Shown: piece by piece, positions 13,049 through 37,613 of the stretch
Position numbering within the stretch: position 1 is the stretch's first letter
How the letters are laid out: each line of letters opens with the position of its first letter
Assembly (NCBI GenBank): GCA_012295275.1
Contig: CM022677.1
Coordinates: 16,740,001-16,804,000 of the forward strand
Direction of reading: 5' to 3'
Length of the DNA stretch: 64,000 bases
Source: Chrysomallon squamiferum
Taxonomy: Eukaryota > Animalia > Mollusca
Made by a program: the position numbers and the translations under genes
The notes under the pieces: model-generated
The model's input: the letters and a program-made list of their open reading frames with translations, nothing else
What the model was told of the DNA's origin: nothing
The model's database searches: none

Positions 13049-14041
13049 AATACATGTATATATATCCACACAAACATACACCCATACCCATATAGAAATA
13101 TACTTACGTATGTATATATGTAAAAAAATACACTCACTCACACACACACACAAACAGACACACACATATATCCACATAAAGATATATAAATAAATGTAAA
13201 AGCACTGTTTGTTTGTCTATATGTCATCCACACAAACATATACCCACACCCATATACATACATATATACATATGTATATTTCTGTATACACATACGCAGA
13301 CATATACATACATACATACACACACATTCACCTACAGACAAACGTACATGCTAATATATCTAGTATAAGCAATACGAGAGACAAAGAACATACCACACAC
13401 AGGAGTATATACACACACACACACACGTTCATGTGAATAAACACATAGGTACACGTGCATATTCACAGAAACAAAAACACACAGATATATACACAGATAA
13501 ACACACTCAGAGACAATGACAGACAAATATACAGGCTTAAAAACGTAATTATGTTTGCACATAAGTCTAGTATAAACAGTATATATAGACGGAACTGAGA
13601 TAAGACATGGAAAGAAAGAGGAAAAAAGATGATTTCAGGATTTTATTCGTACCACATCATTTACATAAAATTCAGCTCAATTAAATTAGGCATTTTTTTT
13701 TTTTTTTTTTTTTTTTTATCTTAGAAACAAAGTCAGGCTCTTCAACTGTAACTTTTACGGTTTCTTATTTTAGTATCTTCCGTGAGAAACTGGACAATCC
13801 TTGCTAATAAAATGTTCTACAAATAACTGTTACAGTAGCATCCTTAATGCAGTTTGATTGATGGTACATATCACTTCCTGATTTCTCGAATGATATTAAC
13901 TTTTGTTTCCTCAATTTATTTTCTCGGCTTTTACTTCTATTTATATCAATATGTTTGGGATATTTTTGTTAATTATTATTATTATTTTGTTCGTTTGTTT
14001 GTTTGTTTTTAATGGGTTTAAACATTCAAAAGTATATCATA

Positions 14042-14092
<51 letters not shown>

Positions 14093-15354
14093 TATGATAT
14101 ATATGTATATGTATGTATGTATTATGTTTGTACGTGTGTAAACGTCTGTTCGTGCACGTCAGCAATTTTGTACGAAATGCACGCTTCAATCTCATATTGT
14201 TTCTTTCCTTGTGAATCTTTGATGTTCCGTTTGGACAAATTTGATGTATTTGTGCCTCAAACTTCCATTGTTTCGTGTTTCTCACTGCCTATAAAACAGC
14301 GTCGCAATTGAGCGGCGACAAGATTTATTGGCCAATAAATCATTCGCAATGACGCGCGCAATTAAAACATCTCGGAACAAAATGGCACGCGAGCACGTTC
14401 ATGCTTGCAGTTCGTTTCCTGCCTTCTGAGGTCGGAGAACGGCTATGTCGGCAGATAACTCCGATCTCCTGTGTAAAAGCTGGACTATGACCGTATATAT
14501 ATATATATAACTGAAATAGGTGTCTTTCTGTGTTAATCGTTTGTGTGTTTTGAATATTCTGGGACTGGAAGAGTTGTGTGTTTTATTTCATGATGCAGAA
14601 ATCTGATGTGTTATTTTTGTTGTGGTTCTGATATTTTTAATTATTATGAAATTTTAAAAATGCGGATTAAAATAACGAATGGTCTTAAAATGACACGAGT
14701 TATGGATGAAAACCATAATTATTGGAAAAAGTTTGATTAAAACTATGAAAAACTGAAACAGATGTTAACATTGAAACCAAGATATACGGAATATAAACGT
14801 AATACGAGCCAGAAAATTTGTACAAGAAAAACAAAGCAGAAAAGAAGACAAAAATAAAAATAAAATCTAAAAAAACTGGAAAATATGATGAAAACTGAAG
14901 AGGAAAGTAACAGAATGATGTGGAAAATACACAAACGCAATTAAATACATTAAGAAGTGGAAGCTAGATAACTATAATCAAAAGAAGAAGACAGAAAGAT
15001 AGAAAGAAAGAAACTAGAAAAGAAAAAGATAATAAAAATAGTACGCCAGGAAGATCATTAAAAAAGGAAATATGAAAAGACAAATGTCTATATATAATAT
15101 ATATATAGAGAAAAAATAATGGAAAGTTAAGAAACAAAACAGAAGAAAATTACGTAAATATTTTGTCGAAACAAGAAGCAGAAAAAAATTAATTTACTGA
15201 CGAGAAAAGAAATTAAAGACTAATTTTACTTATTTCATTTAATTTATTTATTTTAATTCTTTTTATTTTATTTTATTTTATTATACTTTTATTTTTTCAT
15301 TTATTTTCTTAAAGAAGGATAAGGAAGAAACACTGCTATTGAAAGATAACTTAA

Positions 15355-15411
<57 letters not shown>

Positions 15412-15842
15412 TATAATAATAATTATTAAATTTATAAAAAAAATAAGAAAAGATAAAAAGAGTAGAAAACAAGAAAAATCAGAAAAGGAATAACTAGAAT
15501 ATAAAGAGGGGAATATAATCAGAAATAACAGAAGAGAAAAAAACAAACAAAAAATACAAAAAAACAACAACAAGAAAACTAAAACTAATAATAAAAACTA
15601 TAGTTAAAAATAAAGACTAAAAATAAGAAACCAAAAAACAAGAAAAAACAACAACAAGAACAACAACAAGAAAACTTAGACGAAAACAAGATAATATAAA
15701 AATAACAATACAGACTACAGTTAAAAAGAAGACAAATAGCAGTCAAAAGAAGAAAACACATTATAAGTCTAGCAAAGAAGAACACAACAAAAGAAAAACA
15801 CAAACAAAGAAGAAACATTGTGTAAATCGGACAAGAACAAAA

Positions 15843-20984
<5,142 letters not shown>

Positions 20985-21730
20985 AAATTAAATAAAATAA
21001 AATAATACATGTATTTGATACATATCTTTATCCACACATACACACACACAAACACACACACACACACAGAAAGACAGACATACATACATACGTACATACG
21101 TACGTACATACACACACACATATATATAAATATCAGGGACCAATGTTCTAGGTGTGCTACAATCATGAACCATGATAGAATAGTTAAGTTCTATCAATAC
21201 CATTATAATGGATCACTAATGTTTCTGTCCCTTTTTTATATAAAACTGAGTAGGTAGTTGTATCAAGATGTGGCACGGAGCTCATGGCGGAATTATGGCG
21301 GAGAGAGACAAGATATAACAGTCAAAGATTAAGCAACACGTCACCATGTGACAATCTCCCCCATACGGCACTGAAAAATAATATTTTATTTTATATTTTA
21401 ATGTTTTCGGACAACTGCAAGATAGAGCCTGCAATCAGGGAATCGTACGAGATGAAATTCTATATAAATATATTGTTTAGGCAGAGCCTGGACATGCTAA
21501 AGCTTACAGCCTCTAAAATTCGTGTATATATTTAATCAGTGATTAGCAGATTTGTATTGTTTATCCCATCATCAACTCTAAATCCGGTACTGTCAGTATA
21601 ATGTTTCGTATTAGTAATGAAGAAGTAAATAAAATTATCATTTTTATTTCTGATAGCAAATAACTTATTTTCTTTGTTGTTGTTATTATTATTATTATTA
21701 TTTATTATATTTATTTAATGATTTATTCAT

Positions 21731-21765
<35 letters not shown>

Positions 21766-22360
21766 TTCATTCATTTATTTATTTATTTATTATTATTATT
21801 ATTATTATTTGTCTGTACGACAGAATGAACCAAAATTCACTGTTATTTAATGTGTGGTTGAAGAAGAATATTCACAAAACGCTTTTTCCGCTGATTCTTG
21901 TAGATTCTTTATTTTTTTATTTTTTTATTTTTTTTTATTTTGATGTTATGTACTAAGATACACGTTCATATTTTACTTCTATTTATATTTTCTGTTGTCC
22001 ATGTGTCAGAATCATCTGTGACGGTACAAATAAAATATCTCATAAAATTCTTCATGCTTCCTTCTTGTCAATTTATTGTTTCGATTATTCCGCGTTGAGT
22101 AGGATATTTGGAGAAAGGGTCCCAACATTAATTCTACGTAGAGACACGTAATAATTACGATCTCTCTACTTCTCGACATTCGTTATTTATTAGCTGTTAG
22201 AGGGTGCGAGCTGCCACTCCATCGTAAAACACATATTAATATAGATAATTCATGTTATGTTGCTGAGACAAGAGCAGATATACAGAAGAACGAAATAAAC
22301 TAAATAAATAAATAAATGAATAAAAATTTAAAAAATAAAAACATAATAATAATAAGAAGA

Positions 22361-22392
<32 letters not shown>

Positions 22393-22627
22393 GATGATGA
22401 TGATGATAATAATAATAATAATTTGATAGTTTAATTATCAACAATTAATTGTTAATTTCTTTAAAAAAGAAGAAGAAAAAAAAAAAAAAACAGATAAAGA
22501 AAATTAAATTAAGAAAAAAAAAAAAAGCTCTTTCTCCTGTACTGCGTATATCTTATTCACGAAGAGCAAAGTTGTATAACTAAAGAAAATAATCCTATAA
22601 TGATACTAACTAAAGGGAAACGAATTG

Positions 22628-22658
<31 letters not shown>

Positions 22659-22918
22659 AATAAGAATTAAAAAAAAACCAGCATAAATAACAACATATGA
22701 ATAAAAAAAAAAAATAAAAAAAAAATCAATACATAAACAAACAAATAATAATATACACCTTTACTTCTCCATTGTTTAACGGACAAGATAAACTTGCTAA
22801 GCAAACATATATTTATCTTATCAATATTTGTGGCTTGTCCTAACGATACAGTTATAATCAGGCACGTGCTGTCACGTTACACAGGTCATGGGATTACGGA
22901 CATGCGTGGATAAACTAC

Positions 22919-22969
22919 TTTATAAACACTTTTACATAGTTATACCTACAGATCCCGCAGCCTCAAAAA
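22919..22969 (+). promoter_or_regulatory. Putative TATA box and short non-coding first exon of cathepsin L
   Basis: TATAAA at 22921 and a GTAAGT donor at 22970. The cathepsin L ATG (23676) directly follows an acceptor (TTTGTCAG|ATG), which implies an upstream non-coding exon. Confidence 0.5.
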
Positions 22970-23675
22970 GTAAGTAAATACAGATTCACAGGCAGACGTA
23001 TGCATACACACATATAGATAAACGCGCACGCACGCATTCATGTACATACATATACATACATACATGCATTCATACGTACATACATACATACATACATACA
23101 TACATACATACATACATACATACATACATACATACAAACATACATACAAACAAAAAAGGAGACGCATACGTGCATAATAGAAATACGCATGCACACACAC
23201 TTAAAGATATAATTCACTCAAACCTTAACATACACATACCCACAAACCTCACAAACAGAACTTTATAATAAAATTAAATTAAAGCTACTTTTCTTTATCG
23301 CATAATATTTTAATATTCTTTTTCTTCTTCTTCTTCTTTCTAGTAGTAATAGTAATGATTGTATATATGTATAATTATATAATCATATAGCAGTTGTTGT
23401 TTTTTATTATAAGAGGCCCGTGTAAAAACAGTAATAGATCCAAGTAAGAAGACAAAAGCAGGCCACATTCTAAAATGTCCATTAAGGATTTTGTAAGCAG
23501 TGCTATATGCGTATAATTATGAACGGATATATCGATATACACTTAGTTATAGGATGTATTTACAAGTACTAAAACTAAATAAAATTTTAAAAAATTGAAA
23601 ATGTAAATACACACGTATTTGAGAACAGACTGCTATTATAACGTGCATGTTAATCTAGTTTTTTTAATTTGTCAG

Positions 23676-26646
<2,971 letters not shown>

Positions 26647-26925
26647 ATGTCAATATGTACATCATGAGTGATACAAAAAAAAAAAATAATAATAATAATA
26701 ATAAAAAAAAAAAAAAAAAAAACAATAACAAAGAAAGAAATTATAATAAATAAATAACTGACAGTAATATATTGTTGTTTCTCTTACAACGGAACCTTTT
26801 CTCTAAATATGAAATACATATTTTTGTTATTAATTCATCACTGTCTGGGTTTGAAGTTCGCAGCAATAAAATACACTGAGTGCTATTTATTGTTATTAGT
26901 ATCATTATTATTTTACACACAGGCA

Positions 26926-26999
<74 letters not shown>

Positions 27000-27069
27000 G
27001 AAATATTACTAATGCAAAGAATGTGGCGTAAGTGGATATTAAGCTCTCTCTTCACGTAAATAATCTTGA

Positions 27070-27225
27070 TATTGTGAATTATGGAAACACAATCGGAATG
27101 GGGAGCCTAAAGTAATATACGCAGTTTTTTTCGGTTTGTATTGGGTCTAAGTGTGTATCATCTTACTGGATTCGAGATAAAGAAAATATTTTTTACGAAC
27201 TCGCTCCACAGACCCTAGGCAATAG
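27070..27225 (+). pseudogene. 3' remnant of a prolyl 4-hydroxylase alpha gene (copy 4)
   Basis: ATCGGAATGGGGAGCCTAA...ATTGGGTCTAAGTGTGTATCATCTTACTGGATTCGAGATAAAGAA...GCTCCACAGACCCTAGGCAATAG matches the end of copy 3 (RNGEP..IGSKWVSTYWIREKE..STDPTQ*). Confidence 0.75.
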
Positions 27226-27766
27226 CAATTTATGTTCAGCATGTTACGCTATAATTTTAATTTTTATTTCTTTAATTTTTTATTTATTTCTTTATTTCTT
27301 TATTTTTTTTTTTATTTTTTTTTTCTGGCAATGGCTAATTCCCAAACTCAATCCTATTTTCTCTTACATTCTGCTTTGTATTTTAAAAATAGCCCCCATA
27401 TTTATTGTTTAACAGCAATCTGAAGTGAAGCGGTAGTGCCAAATTATTGTACAATAACCACTCAGAAACGTCAGTTGCGTAGTGGTCTGCAGAAGTAAAA
27501 AAAACTTCTTTTTAAATTTTATCATTGCCTGTTCACGAACGACAACTCTTACCGAAATATCTCTTGAAATACATTTCTTGTGATTTACGATTGACCTTTT
27601 TTTTATCTGGGAATGAATGTCTTTCGAACAGATTTTTATTGATAATAATAAAAAAATAATAATAATTAAAAAAAACACATGCGTTAGCATTACTAGTAGT
27701 AGTAACAATAATAGCAGTGTAGTAGTTGTGACAGTTCTGGTATTAGCTTTAATAACGGTAGATTTT

Positions 27767-27798
<32 letters not shown>

Positions 27799-27877
27799 TT
27801 AATGAACTGAACTGCTACATTTTTACATCAAATTGCTTAAAAAAGAATTAGAAATAAGCATGCATTGGTTTAGGTAA

Positions 27878-27957
<80 letters not shown>

Positions 27958-28439
27958 GTTTAGAACTGTACAATAAACCGTGCTTCCTGAAACGGTTAAA
28001 ACTCTTACCTTATAATCTAGTTCAGTCGAAAAATATTCATAACAAGCTTTTAAGTGTCACAAATGTCGTCTGCTTTTTTAACCGGATATGATTTATTTGT
28101 TTACAAGCTTGTGAAAGGCTAAACTGCGGAATGGCGGTATCACCTAAACAACGAAAATTTTAATTTCGTTACCTACTGAAAACAACAGAATTACAGCGCG
28201 ACAAACGATTATTAGACAAAATGCTCTTTCTTTTATTATTATCATCGTCGTTGTTGTTGTTGTCGTTGTTTTTGTCATACATGTTGGAATTTGGAACAAT
28301 CTCCAAACACTTTCAAACACTTCAGCTCTCGAACAATATTGTACAAAAATAAAAACAACATATATTTAAAAACAATTCCTTTTTTTTTTTTTTTTACCTG
28401 TTAAGTGAAAAAAAGCAAAAATATAAAATATATGCATTA

Positions 28440-28522
<83 letters not shown>

Positions 28523-28832
28523 TAATAATAATGATGATGAATAAATAAATAAATAAATAAACAACTTTCAGTTGAAGCTGATCATCACTGATTATTATTA
28601 TTGTTGTTGTTGTTGTTATTGTTGCTGTTATTTGATTTGATTTCACTTGATTTTTTTATTTATTTATTTGTCTATTTATGTTGTTTCATTTTGGTTGCTG
28701 TTATTGCTACTTATAAACACAGATACGAACCCGGACTAAGTAATGGTATGTCGCGATTCTGAAAGATGAAAATAAAAAAAAAATTAAAAAAAAAAATTAA
28801 AGATATAAAAAAAAATAAATAAATAAAGATAT

Positions 28833-28863
<31 letters not shown>

Positions 28864-29266
28864 TACATAAATGATGATTTAATAACATTACCAACAATTA
28901 ATTGTTAATTTCGATTCTATACAGCAAATATGTAAGTTTTACATCCAGACTTTCTACATTCACAACATTTGTGCTGTACTAGTTAGTTTTGTAAGGTATA
29001 ACTGCAACATGCTCGGTTAGTGTTATTTTAAATATCCGTCTGACGCAGAACTTTATCTAGGTTAAATGCGAACGAAATGCAATGCACAACCTAATTCAGA
29101 TGAACTGTTTTATTCTTAAGCTGACAGTTCTATTTTTTAGCGTGTTGTTGTCGCCTTTGAAAACTGTGCACAAAAACAAAACAGTAATTACTCACTGTGT
29201 AATGGTGAAAATGGTGTATTATGTTGTAAGTTATTACTACTACTACGACTAATAATAATAATAATG

Positions 29267-29346
<80 letters not shown>

Positions 29347-29762
29347 TGGTGGTGGTGGTGGTGGTGGTAATGTAGTAAGTAATAACACTAGTAGTAACAA
29401 CAGTAATTTTTTATTTATGATTGTAATATTTTGTTTTTATTTCTTGTTCTATGTATTTTCTTATGAATGACTTTTGTACATCTCAATATATTATGAGAAA
29501 CGTGTGGTTAGGACGTAACAAATTGCATAAGTTTCTGTATCGGAGAAAAGAAACTGGATAAATTTAAAATAGTTTCAGACAGAATAGATGGAACAGCACA
29601 GTCTGAACGCGATTAAAAGACCGTTATCATTACACAGAATGTCAAATTAATAAACGTTTCACCTATACGTAGATGTAAAACCTATACCCGAGCAAAACAT
29701 TAAGTAAAAACGGATGTATGCAACCCAGAGCATTTTCTTTTTTATAAAAAGCAATAATAATA

Positions 29763-29793
<31 letters not shown>

Positions 29794-30117
29794 TAGTAAT
29801 AGTAATAGTAATAGTAATACATAAGTAAATAAATAAATAAAAATAAATAAATAAATAGGTAAATACAAATTAATATTTTTATCACACTTTATTCGTTGTA
29901 CTTTGAAAGGAAACAAATGAAACTACATATGTGTGTGTGCATGTGCGTGTAAGTGCAAGTGTCCGTGTGCGTGCTTATTATGTATGTGATTATTATCATC
30001 ATTATTATTATTATTAGGTTTATTATTAGGTTTATTATTAGATTTCGAGCTGGTACTTGAATATGGGAAGTTTAACTAAAAGCGATTATCATTCTCATAG
30101 AAACACACAGACACACA

Positions 30118-30183
<66 letters not shown>

Positions 30184-33100
30184 GACCGACATATAGATAG
30201 CGTCTAAGGTTTGTTATTGACTGAAAGAGAGGGGAAAAAAGAGAGAGATCAAACAAGACTCATTATATTTTAGGTAATCCTACAAGCAAGGAAAACAAGT
30301 GTATGTATCTTTCTTTGTTTCACTCTGAAACATAACACAATAACGACACATCGTTGTTAGCTGCAAAGACATCCAGATAATACACCCTAGGAGTCAGCAG
30401 TGAAGAAACGCAACAGCAAACACACATCTCCTGATAATAATATGCAGTCACTCGTCTTGAAGATCTCTATCCATTTTTCTCGGGACTCGTTAATCACAAT
30501 CCAATTGCTTCTGTCAAAACTTATCATGTAGGTAAGTAGTTGTCAAACAAAGATGCTGGTTAAAGTTGTGTTTCGTTCACAAATGTATTTAGTTCTTAAC
30601 ATCCCTGTCGATAACAGATAACCGTCTTAAGTTTTATTTCGTTGCAACATCACTCCCTTGATGTGCAATTTATATTTCGTTCCAGGTAGGTGTCCTATAA
30701 TAGTTTGCTAGAAACAGTACGTGGACAAAACCAGATCTGGACTAATGTATTCAGTCACTTGCACTGCATAACTGATTTATGAAATAACGTCGTATCTGTT
30801 TTTGTGTTTCAAATGCCGTCATTATAAAAATAACAATAAATTAAAAGTTTATATATTTATTGTCTTTTCTGCTGTTCATTTAAGTGTTATACTCTGTCAT
30901 ATCTTATATAATAATAATAATAATAATAATAACAACAATAACAATAACAATAACAATAACAACAGTAATAGTAATAATAAGAAAAACAACAACAATAACA
31001 AGAAGAAGAAGAAAAAGCTGAGACATGAAACTAAACATTATTACGAATCGCCAAGCTATTCAAGTCAAAAATACCGATGGGTCTCTTACAACTAAAGTCA
31101 ATACCCATCCCTCACTTTCTGCCTAAGTGTATGGATAACAAACATCAGCACCAAGCTCTTAAAATCTTATCTGTCTTCCCGTCTTAAGTGCACGCCGACA
31201 CAAGTATCCCCGTGACACAGATATTTCTCAAGCATTCAAGTCGCTGATTAATTAACCGTTTTAAAAATGTCACGTGATGACCAGCCGCAGTCGAAATTTC
31301 TTTATCATATCATTTCGTGCTAATGGTTAGTATGACTTTTTATTGTTCTCATCACCATATTTGATTTTTTTTTTTTTTTTTTTTTTTGTTGTTGTTGTTG
31401 TTGCTGTTGCTGTTATTGATGTTATCTACTTGTTAATATTATTATATCGTTTATTTATTTATTAGTGTTGTTGTTATTATTGTTGTCGTCTCCGCCTGGT
31501 CGGCTTCTTACTATTTATCATCATCATCATCACTTTTTTGTTGTTGTTTTTTCGTTTGTGTTTTGTTATATAACCTATTTACCGTCAGTATTGGTATTAG
31601 CATTGTTACAATTATCATTGTTTTTAGTAATTGTTTTATTATTATTACTACTAGTAGTAGTATAATTAGCTGTTCATGTGATTGCCTTCGACTGTCGAAT
31701 CATTCTTCTTAATGTTCATCATTATCATCATCATCATCACTTTTGGTTTTAGAATTATTACGATCATGATTGTTTCTGTTAATTGTTTACTACTACTACT
31801 ACTACTACTACCGTAATACTACTACATAACTAATACTATTAGTATTACCACTAATAATACTGTTAGCGTTACTGCTGTTACTACTACTGAAAATTATTAT
31901 TATGCATGTTTTTCATGAGTATACTGTGAAGAGGGTTAACAAAACGTCAGTTTGATGTCACACAATCACACAAAAGTAAAGTTTTCGTAATAATAGAATT
32001 AAAAAGACCAAGAGCAAAGTTTAAAACTGAATCAACTCACTGCCATTTTCTTCTTTTAACTTTTATTATTTTATTATTATAATTTTATTTTGCTATTTTC
32101 TCTCTCTTCATAATTATTTTTATGTTTTGTTTATCTCGCACATTCCCAATCACGAACTATACATACTGCGATTAAGAATAAATATACTCAAAAATATAGG
32201 TTCTTTAAATTAATTTCATTACTTAATTTATTGACTGGTTGAACTTGACAGTTATTAGACAAGCACCGTTTTAACAACTAAAAATTTATATAACGCGTAT
32301 AATGCTCTATATTTCGATTTGTTTTTCAAAGGAGGCGATTACTATTCTTACTGTGTAACGTAAGGTTTAATATACAAGACTAAACTGCATTCTTTATGAA
32401 TACAGTGATTGAAACGATGTCGTCTTTTCTGTCCCGTGATTTTCGTGTGTTTTGCCTGACTCGTGCAAAACCGAGCTTGATCGAGAAGAAAGTTTAAAAT
32501 GTTTGTTTACGTCACACAAGAGCCCGATATCAACAGTTTTATCTCTAGAAAAACAACAAAACAACAGGTGACATTAAACATACAAACTTTTGGACTTTAA
32601 GATCCGCGCTAAGGTCGTTTGTTATGCAACGAAGGTAATTTTGATAACATATAAAAAAGAATTTTAAAAAATTCTAACCATTTTGAAAGATACAGCTTAC
32701 TAATAGAATGTAATTATTTCTGATCTGTGCTTCCATGATTAATTTTGCACAAGCAAAATATGCAGTTAGAAACATTGATGTATTTTTTATTTTGTTTAAT
32801 TATTTTTAATTTATTTTATTTTATTTTATTTTATTTTGTTGTTGTTGTTGTTGTTGTTAGGATTTACTATCTTCGCGACGATAACGAAGATGGCGATTTT
32901 ACAAGGTAGCTTCAAACATTAATCGGGAAAAATGTCCGTGATAGTGTTTGCTCAAGGCGAGTGAGCTCGCCTAGTCGATCCCTTTGCTGAAGTCACAGAA
33001 CTATTTCATATTCCAGCCAGAGCCCTGATTTGGGTGTACTGTACTGTTCTGTCTGTGGGGTCGTTTATATAAAATATCTATGTCTGCTAATCGGAAAGTG

Positions 33101-33894
33101 TAACCCATCAAATGACGTAGTGGGTGTCATCAAGTTATAGCAGTCCTTAATCGCGTTTTATGTTTGATTCTATAATATAACCGTAACAACTATACATTCA
33201 GTTTTCGTCGATTTACGAGCGATATTGTTAATATTACCTTGCAGAAGATTTATTTATTTATTCGTTCTTTTGTTTGTATTTTTCGTAATTTTTTTTTTTG
33301 TGTGATTCTTATTTATTTATTTATTTATTTATTTTTTTTTTTTTAATTATTATTAATATAGTAGTAGTTTCTGTTTAGTTAGTTTGTTGTTCTTTTTACT
33401 TTAATGTAAATCTCAACTTACAAAGGCTGTTAATTCGCTATCATCATTAATCACTTTTCCAAATACTGATTTTGACCATCTAACATTCAAAGCTGACTTT
33501 TAAATTTTAAGAACATAAATTATCAATACCTCATATCAAATATTCTGCAAAATCACGTGGCATTTTTCTTTGATGTATAATAATACATTTTTGCTATTGA
33601 ACACTATAATATCACTTTGTGTACCATATTTTCATTTTAATATTTTGGCATGTGTACTGTCTTTGTGTTCCCCTAATCAGAGTCCTAGTAGTAGTAGTAG
33701 TAGCAGAAGTAGTAGCAGTATTGGTAGTGTTAATGTTAGTGGTTGTAATAATTGCAGTAGAAGTAATGTTCAAATACAGTTTTGGTAGTTATCCATTTGA
33801 ATGTCTATGCTTATATTTGCACAACATAAATAGATATTACTGTTACATATATTGAAGCTATCACTATCACTGATTTTAATATAACTTGGAAACA

Positions 33895-34181
33895 ATGGAA
33901 AGTGGTTCAAAGTACAAAGTTAGAGATCTAGAAGTACAAGAACCAAGGTATGTACTGCCTTGTAAATCACATTTTATGTTTGATTTTAAACAAAAATACA
34001 TTGTTTGTTAATAAATGCAGATAGTGGTCACTGCTAAACAGAAATTTGTACAATAAACAAAGAATTTAAAATAGAAAAATCCAATAAAAACAAAAAACAA
34101 AACACACAACAGAACAAGACAGATAAAAAGAAAGGTAATAATAATAATAGTAATAATAATACTTTTACATACATACACAGA

Positions 34182-34218
<37 letters not shown>

Positions 34219-35564
34219 CACACACACACATTTGTTGATAATGTATTAGGTACTTGTAGATCACTGATAAAGTGTCAGTACCTTAAGTCTATTGATTGCT
34301 TAATTGAACAATTGATTGACAGATTGAGTGATTATTCCTGGTTATTGTTGCTTGTTCGTTCCATTCCATTTTGATACATTTATTCTTTGTTTATATTGAA
34401 GAAATTCAGAACAACAGCTGCTCGACAAATCGAAGTCAGGATGGACAACTCGAGAAAAGATTTTGTTTGTTTTCTTCGTCATAGTAACAATAGTTTCATT
34501 ATCAGTCATCATCGTTCTTGCTGTCAAATTATACAAGAACTCAGGTATGTTGAATAATGTATGTTAATCAACAGACAAAGTCAATATAAATTTATTATTA
34601 GCAATTAATCTTTACTATTCAGAAGGAATAACACTTTATGAGTTTTGTAACAGATCTCTCTCTCTCTCTCTCTCTGTCTGTCTCTGTATGTTTGTAAGTC
34701 TAAATATGTAATAGCAAATACATTTTTTCTGTTTATATGCAATGATTTGATATAATTAATCAGATAAACTCTTCTTTGTTATTATTAGATGCAGAGAAAG
34801 AAAACTACAAGATGGATGGTAAGAAAATTAGTATTAACATCTCCTTTGGTAGCACAAATTTAAAACCCTGTTGTATTTAATTATTATCAGTATAATCATC
34901 TTCACTGAATAAAGAAGTAAAATTATAAAACAACTAATCTGGATGATATTGGTGTTGGTAGTATAACTGAAATGAATTATATTTGTAACATATGTCACTC
35001 TGTATTATAATCGAAATGAATTATGTTTCTAATTGTTAGTCTGTAATGTAACTGAAATGAATTATATCTGAAGTATATTAGTCTGCAGTGTAATTGAAAT
35101 GAGTTATAATTGTAATATATATTAGTAATGTTAATGAAATGAGATATGCGTGATATATGTTACCCTTAAATATAGCTGAAATGAGTTGTATTTCTAATTG
35201 TTAGTCTGCCATGCAACTGAAATGAATTATATCTGAAGAATATGTTAGTCTGTAACGTTACTGAAATAAGTTATATTTATAATACATATGAATTCGTAAT
35301 CTAACTGAAATGAATTATATTTCTAGCACTTACACACATTACTATTATTACTATGCCAACCACTGTTTTATATTGTATTATATTTCTGTAATATAAATTT
35401 ATTTTTAAAATATGTAACACTCTTTAGCAAAACCTGTTTTAAGACTGTCATCTGTTTTACAGTTGATGTATGTACAAAACCATCCTGTGTTAAAGTAGGT
35501 AAGTAGGGGTTTCATGCATAAATTTGGTGTTAAAGAATGGTTAAACCTGGTTTAAAGAGAGAGA

Positions 35565-35600
<36 letters not shown>

Positions 35601-35601
35601 C

Positions 35602-35638
<37 letters not shown>

Positions 35639-35696
35639 ACTTACGCCATATTCTTTGCATTAGTAATATTTCATAGAGAGAGAGAGAGAGAGAGAG

Positions 35697-35740
<44 letters not shown>

Positions 35741-36606
35741 ATAATTGATTTAAACCCATTTGTGTTTTGCATTTTTTCTTTTGTTTTCATGTGATGTTAT
35801 TTTGTTTATTTTATTAGCTGGACGTTTGCTTCAGTACATGGATCAAAGTGTTGATCCCTGTAAAGATTTTTATCAGTACTCATGTGGAGACTGGATCAAG
35901 ACACATACACTGCCTGAAGACAAATCAGAAATTGATGCTTTTGATGAGGTCGATGATAATGTACTTGTAAAATTAAGAGGTAAACCTTTTTAACTGCAAC
36001 ACCTCATAAAAGATTTAAATGACATTATTATTTAATGTCATGAACACATAAGGCCAGACTTGTTCTGTTTATTGGTTATGCAGATCTTTTTTCACAGGTG
36101 GTCTAAATATAAATATAAATATAAATTTATCCCATATTAAATAACAATATTTTCTGACAGTTTTCAGTTCTTTGAATAAAACAGAATATAAATATTATAT
36201 GTAATATATTTAACACTGAATAATAACACAACTTTGTCTAGTCTTTTTTTTTTGTCAGTTTACCATAGAAGCACACCACAGATACATGTAAGATTATTCA
36301 GCTATGTACCCATTAACTTTTTTTCAGGGGGACTACATTAACTATACAATTTTATAATTTTAATTTCTGTTTTCATTTCATTTTTTGAATTATTTTTTAT
36401 TTTGTTTTGTTTTAATTTTATTATTTATTTATTTGTTTTGAGCTTTATTTTTTATCTATTTTATTTTGTTTATTTTAATTTTATTTTAATTTTTTTTTTT
36501 CACATGATGTTTTATGATACTATATAACACAATTTATTAATTTCTTTTTACTTTTTACTTTTTAAAACTGTTTTAGATTTTAATCTTTATTCTTTTATTT
36601 TATAAT

Positions 36607-36654
<48 letters not shown>

Positions 36655-36904
36655 TAATATAATCTATTTATATATTATATTATTGTATAATATATATGCT
36701 TTGTCAGGTTAGAAATAATACTCCATGATGTTATTGTACTAATGCATATTAAAATTTTACATCAGAATTGAGACAAGTCACTGACACACATAGTGCATTA
36801 TGTTATGAATAGCATTTTCTTGTCATATAAATATATGTAAGGTTATAACATAATAGAGGTAAAAATCATACAATTATTTTTTCTCTATATTTTTACCAGT
36901 CTGT

Positions 36905-36942
<38 letters not shown>

Positions 36943-37375
36943 CCCTATGTATCTATCTTTCTATAAAGAAATAGTAACATTTATAGACAGTGGGAAAGAT
37001 AGATAGATGTTTTTGTATGTGTGTATCTCTGTATGTAACTACATTATAATCTGTTAATTATGATTTGCCTGATATCTTTCCATTCTCAGGACTTCTGGAA
37101 GAACAGGTTTCATCCAAGGATATTGAAGCAGTCAAGAAATTAAAAATATTTTATGCATCCTGTACAAATGAGAGTAAGTATTGGATTATTTTTAAAACAG
37201 TGATATTATTAATTTTATTTGTTTCTGTAGTGATATGAATGTATAGGCAGGTAAGTTCCAATTCCTCAGAATTAATGTTCCCTGTTTTGATGTCATCAGT
37301 GAGAATCTAGTTTTATTCAATAGATATTAAACAGAAATTTCTTCAGAAACAGATAGCACCTATCATATACACACA

Positions 37376-37474
<99 letters not shown>

Positions 37475-37553
37475 CAAATACATACTCTCTCTCACAACAC
37501 CATATACATACACTAATACATAATCATTCTCTCTCAGACACACACCAAATAGA

Positions 37554-37613
<60 letters not shown>

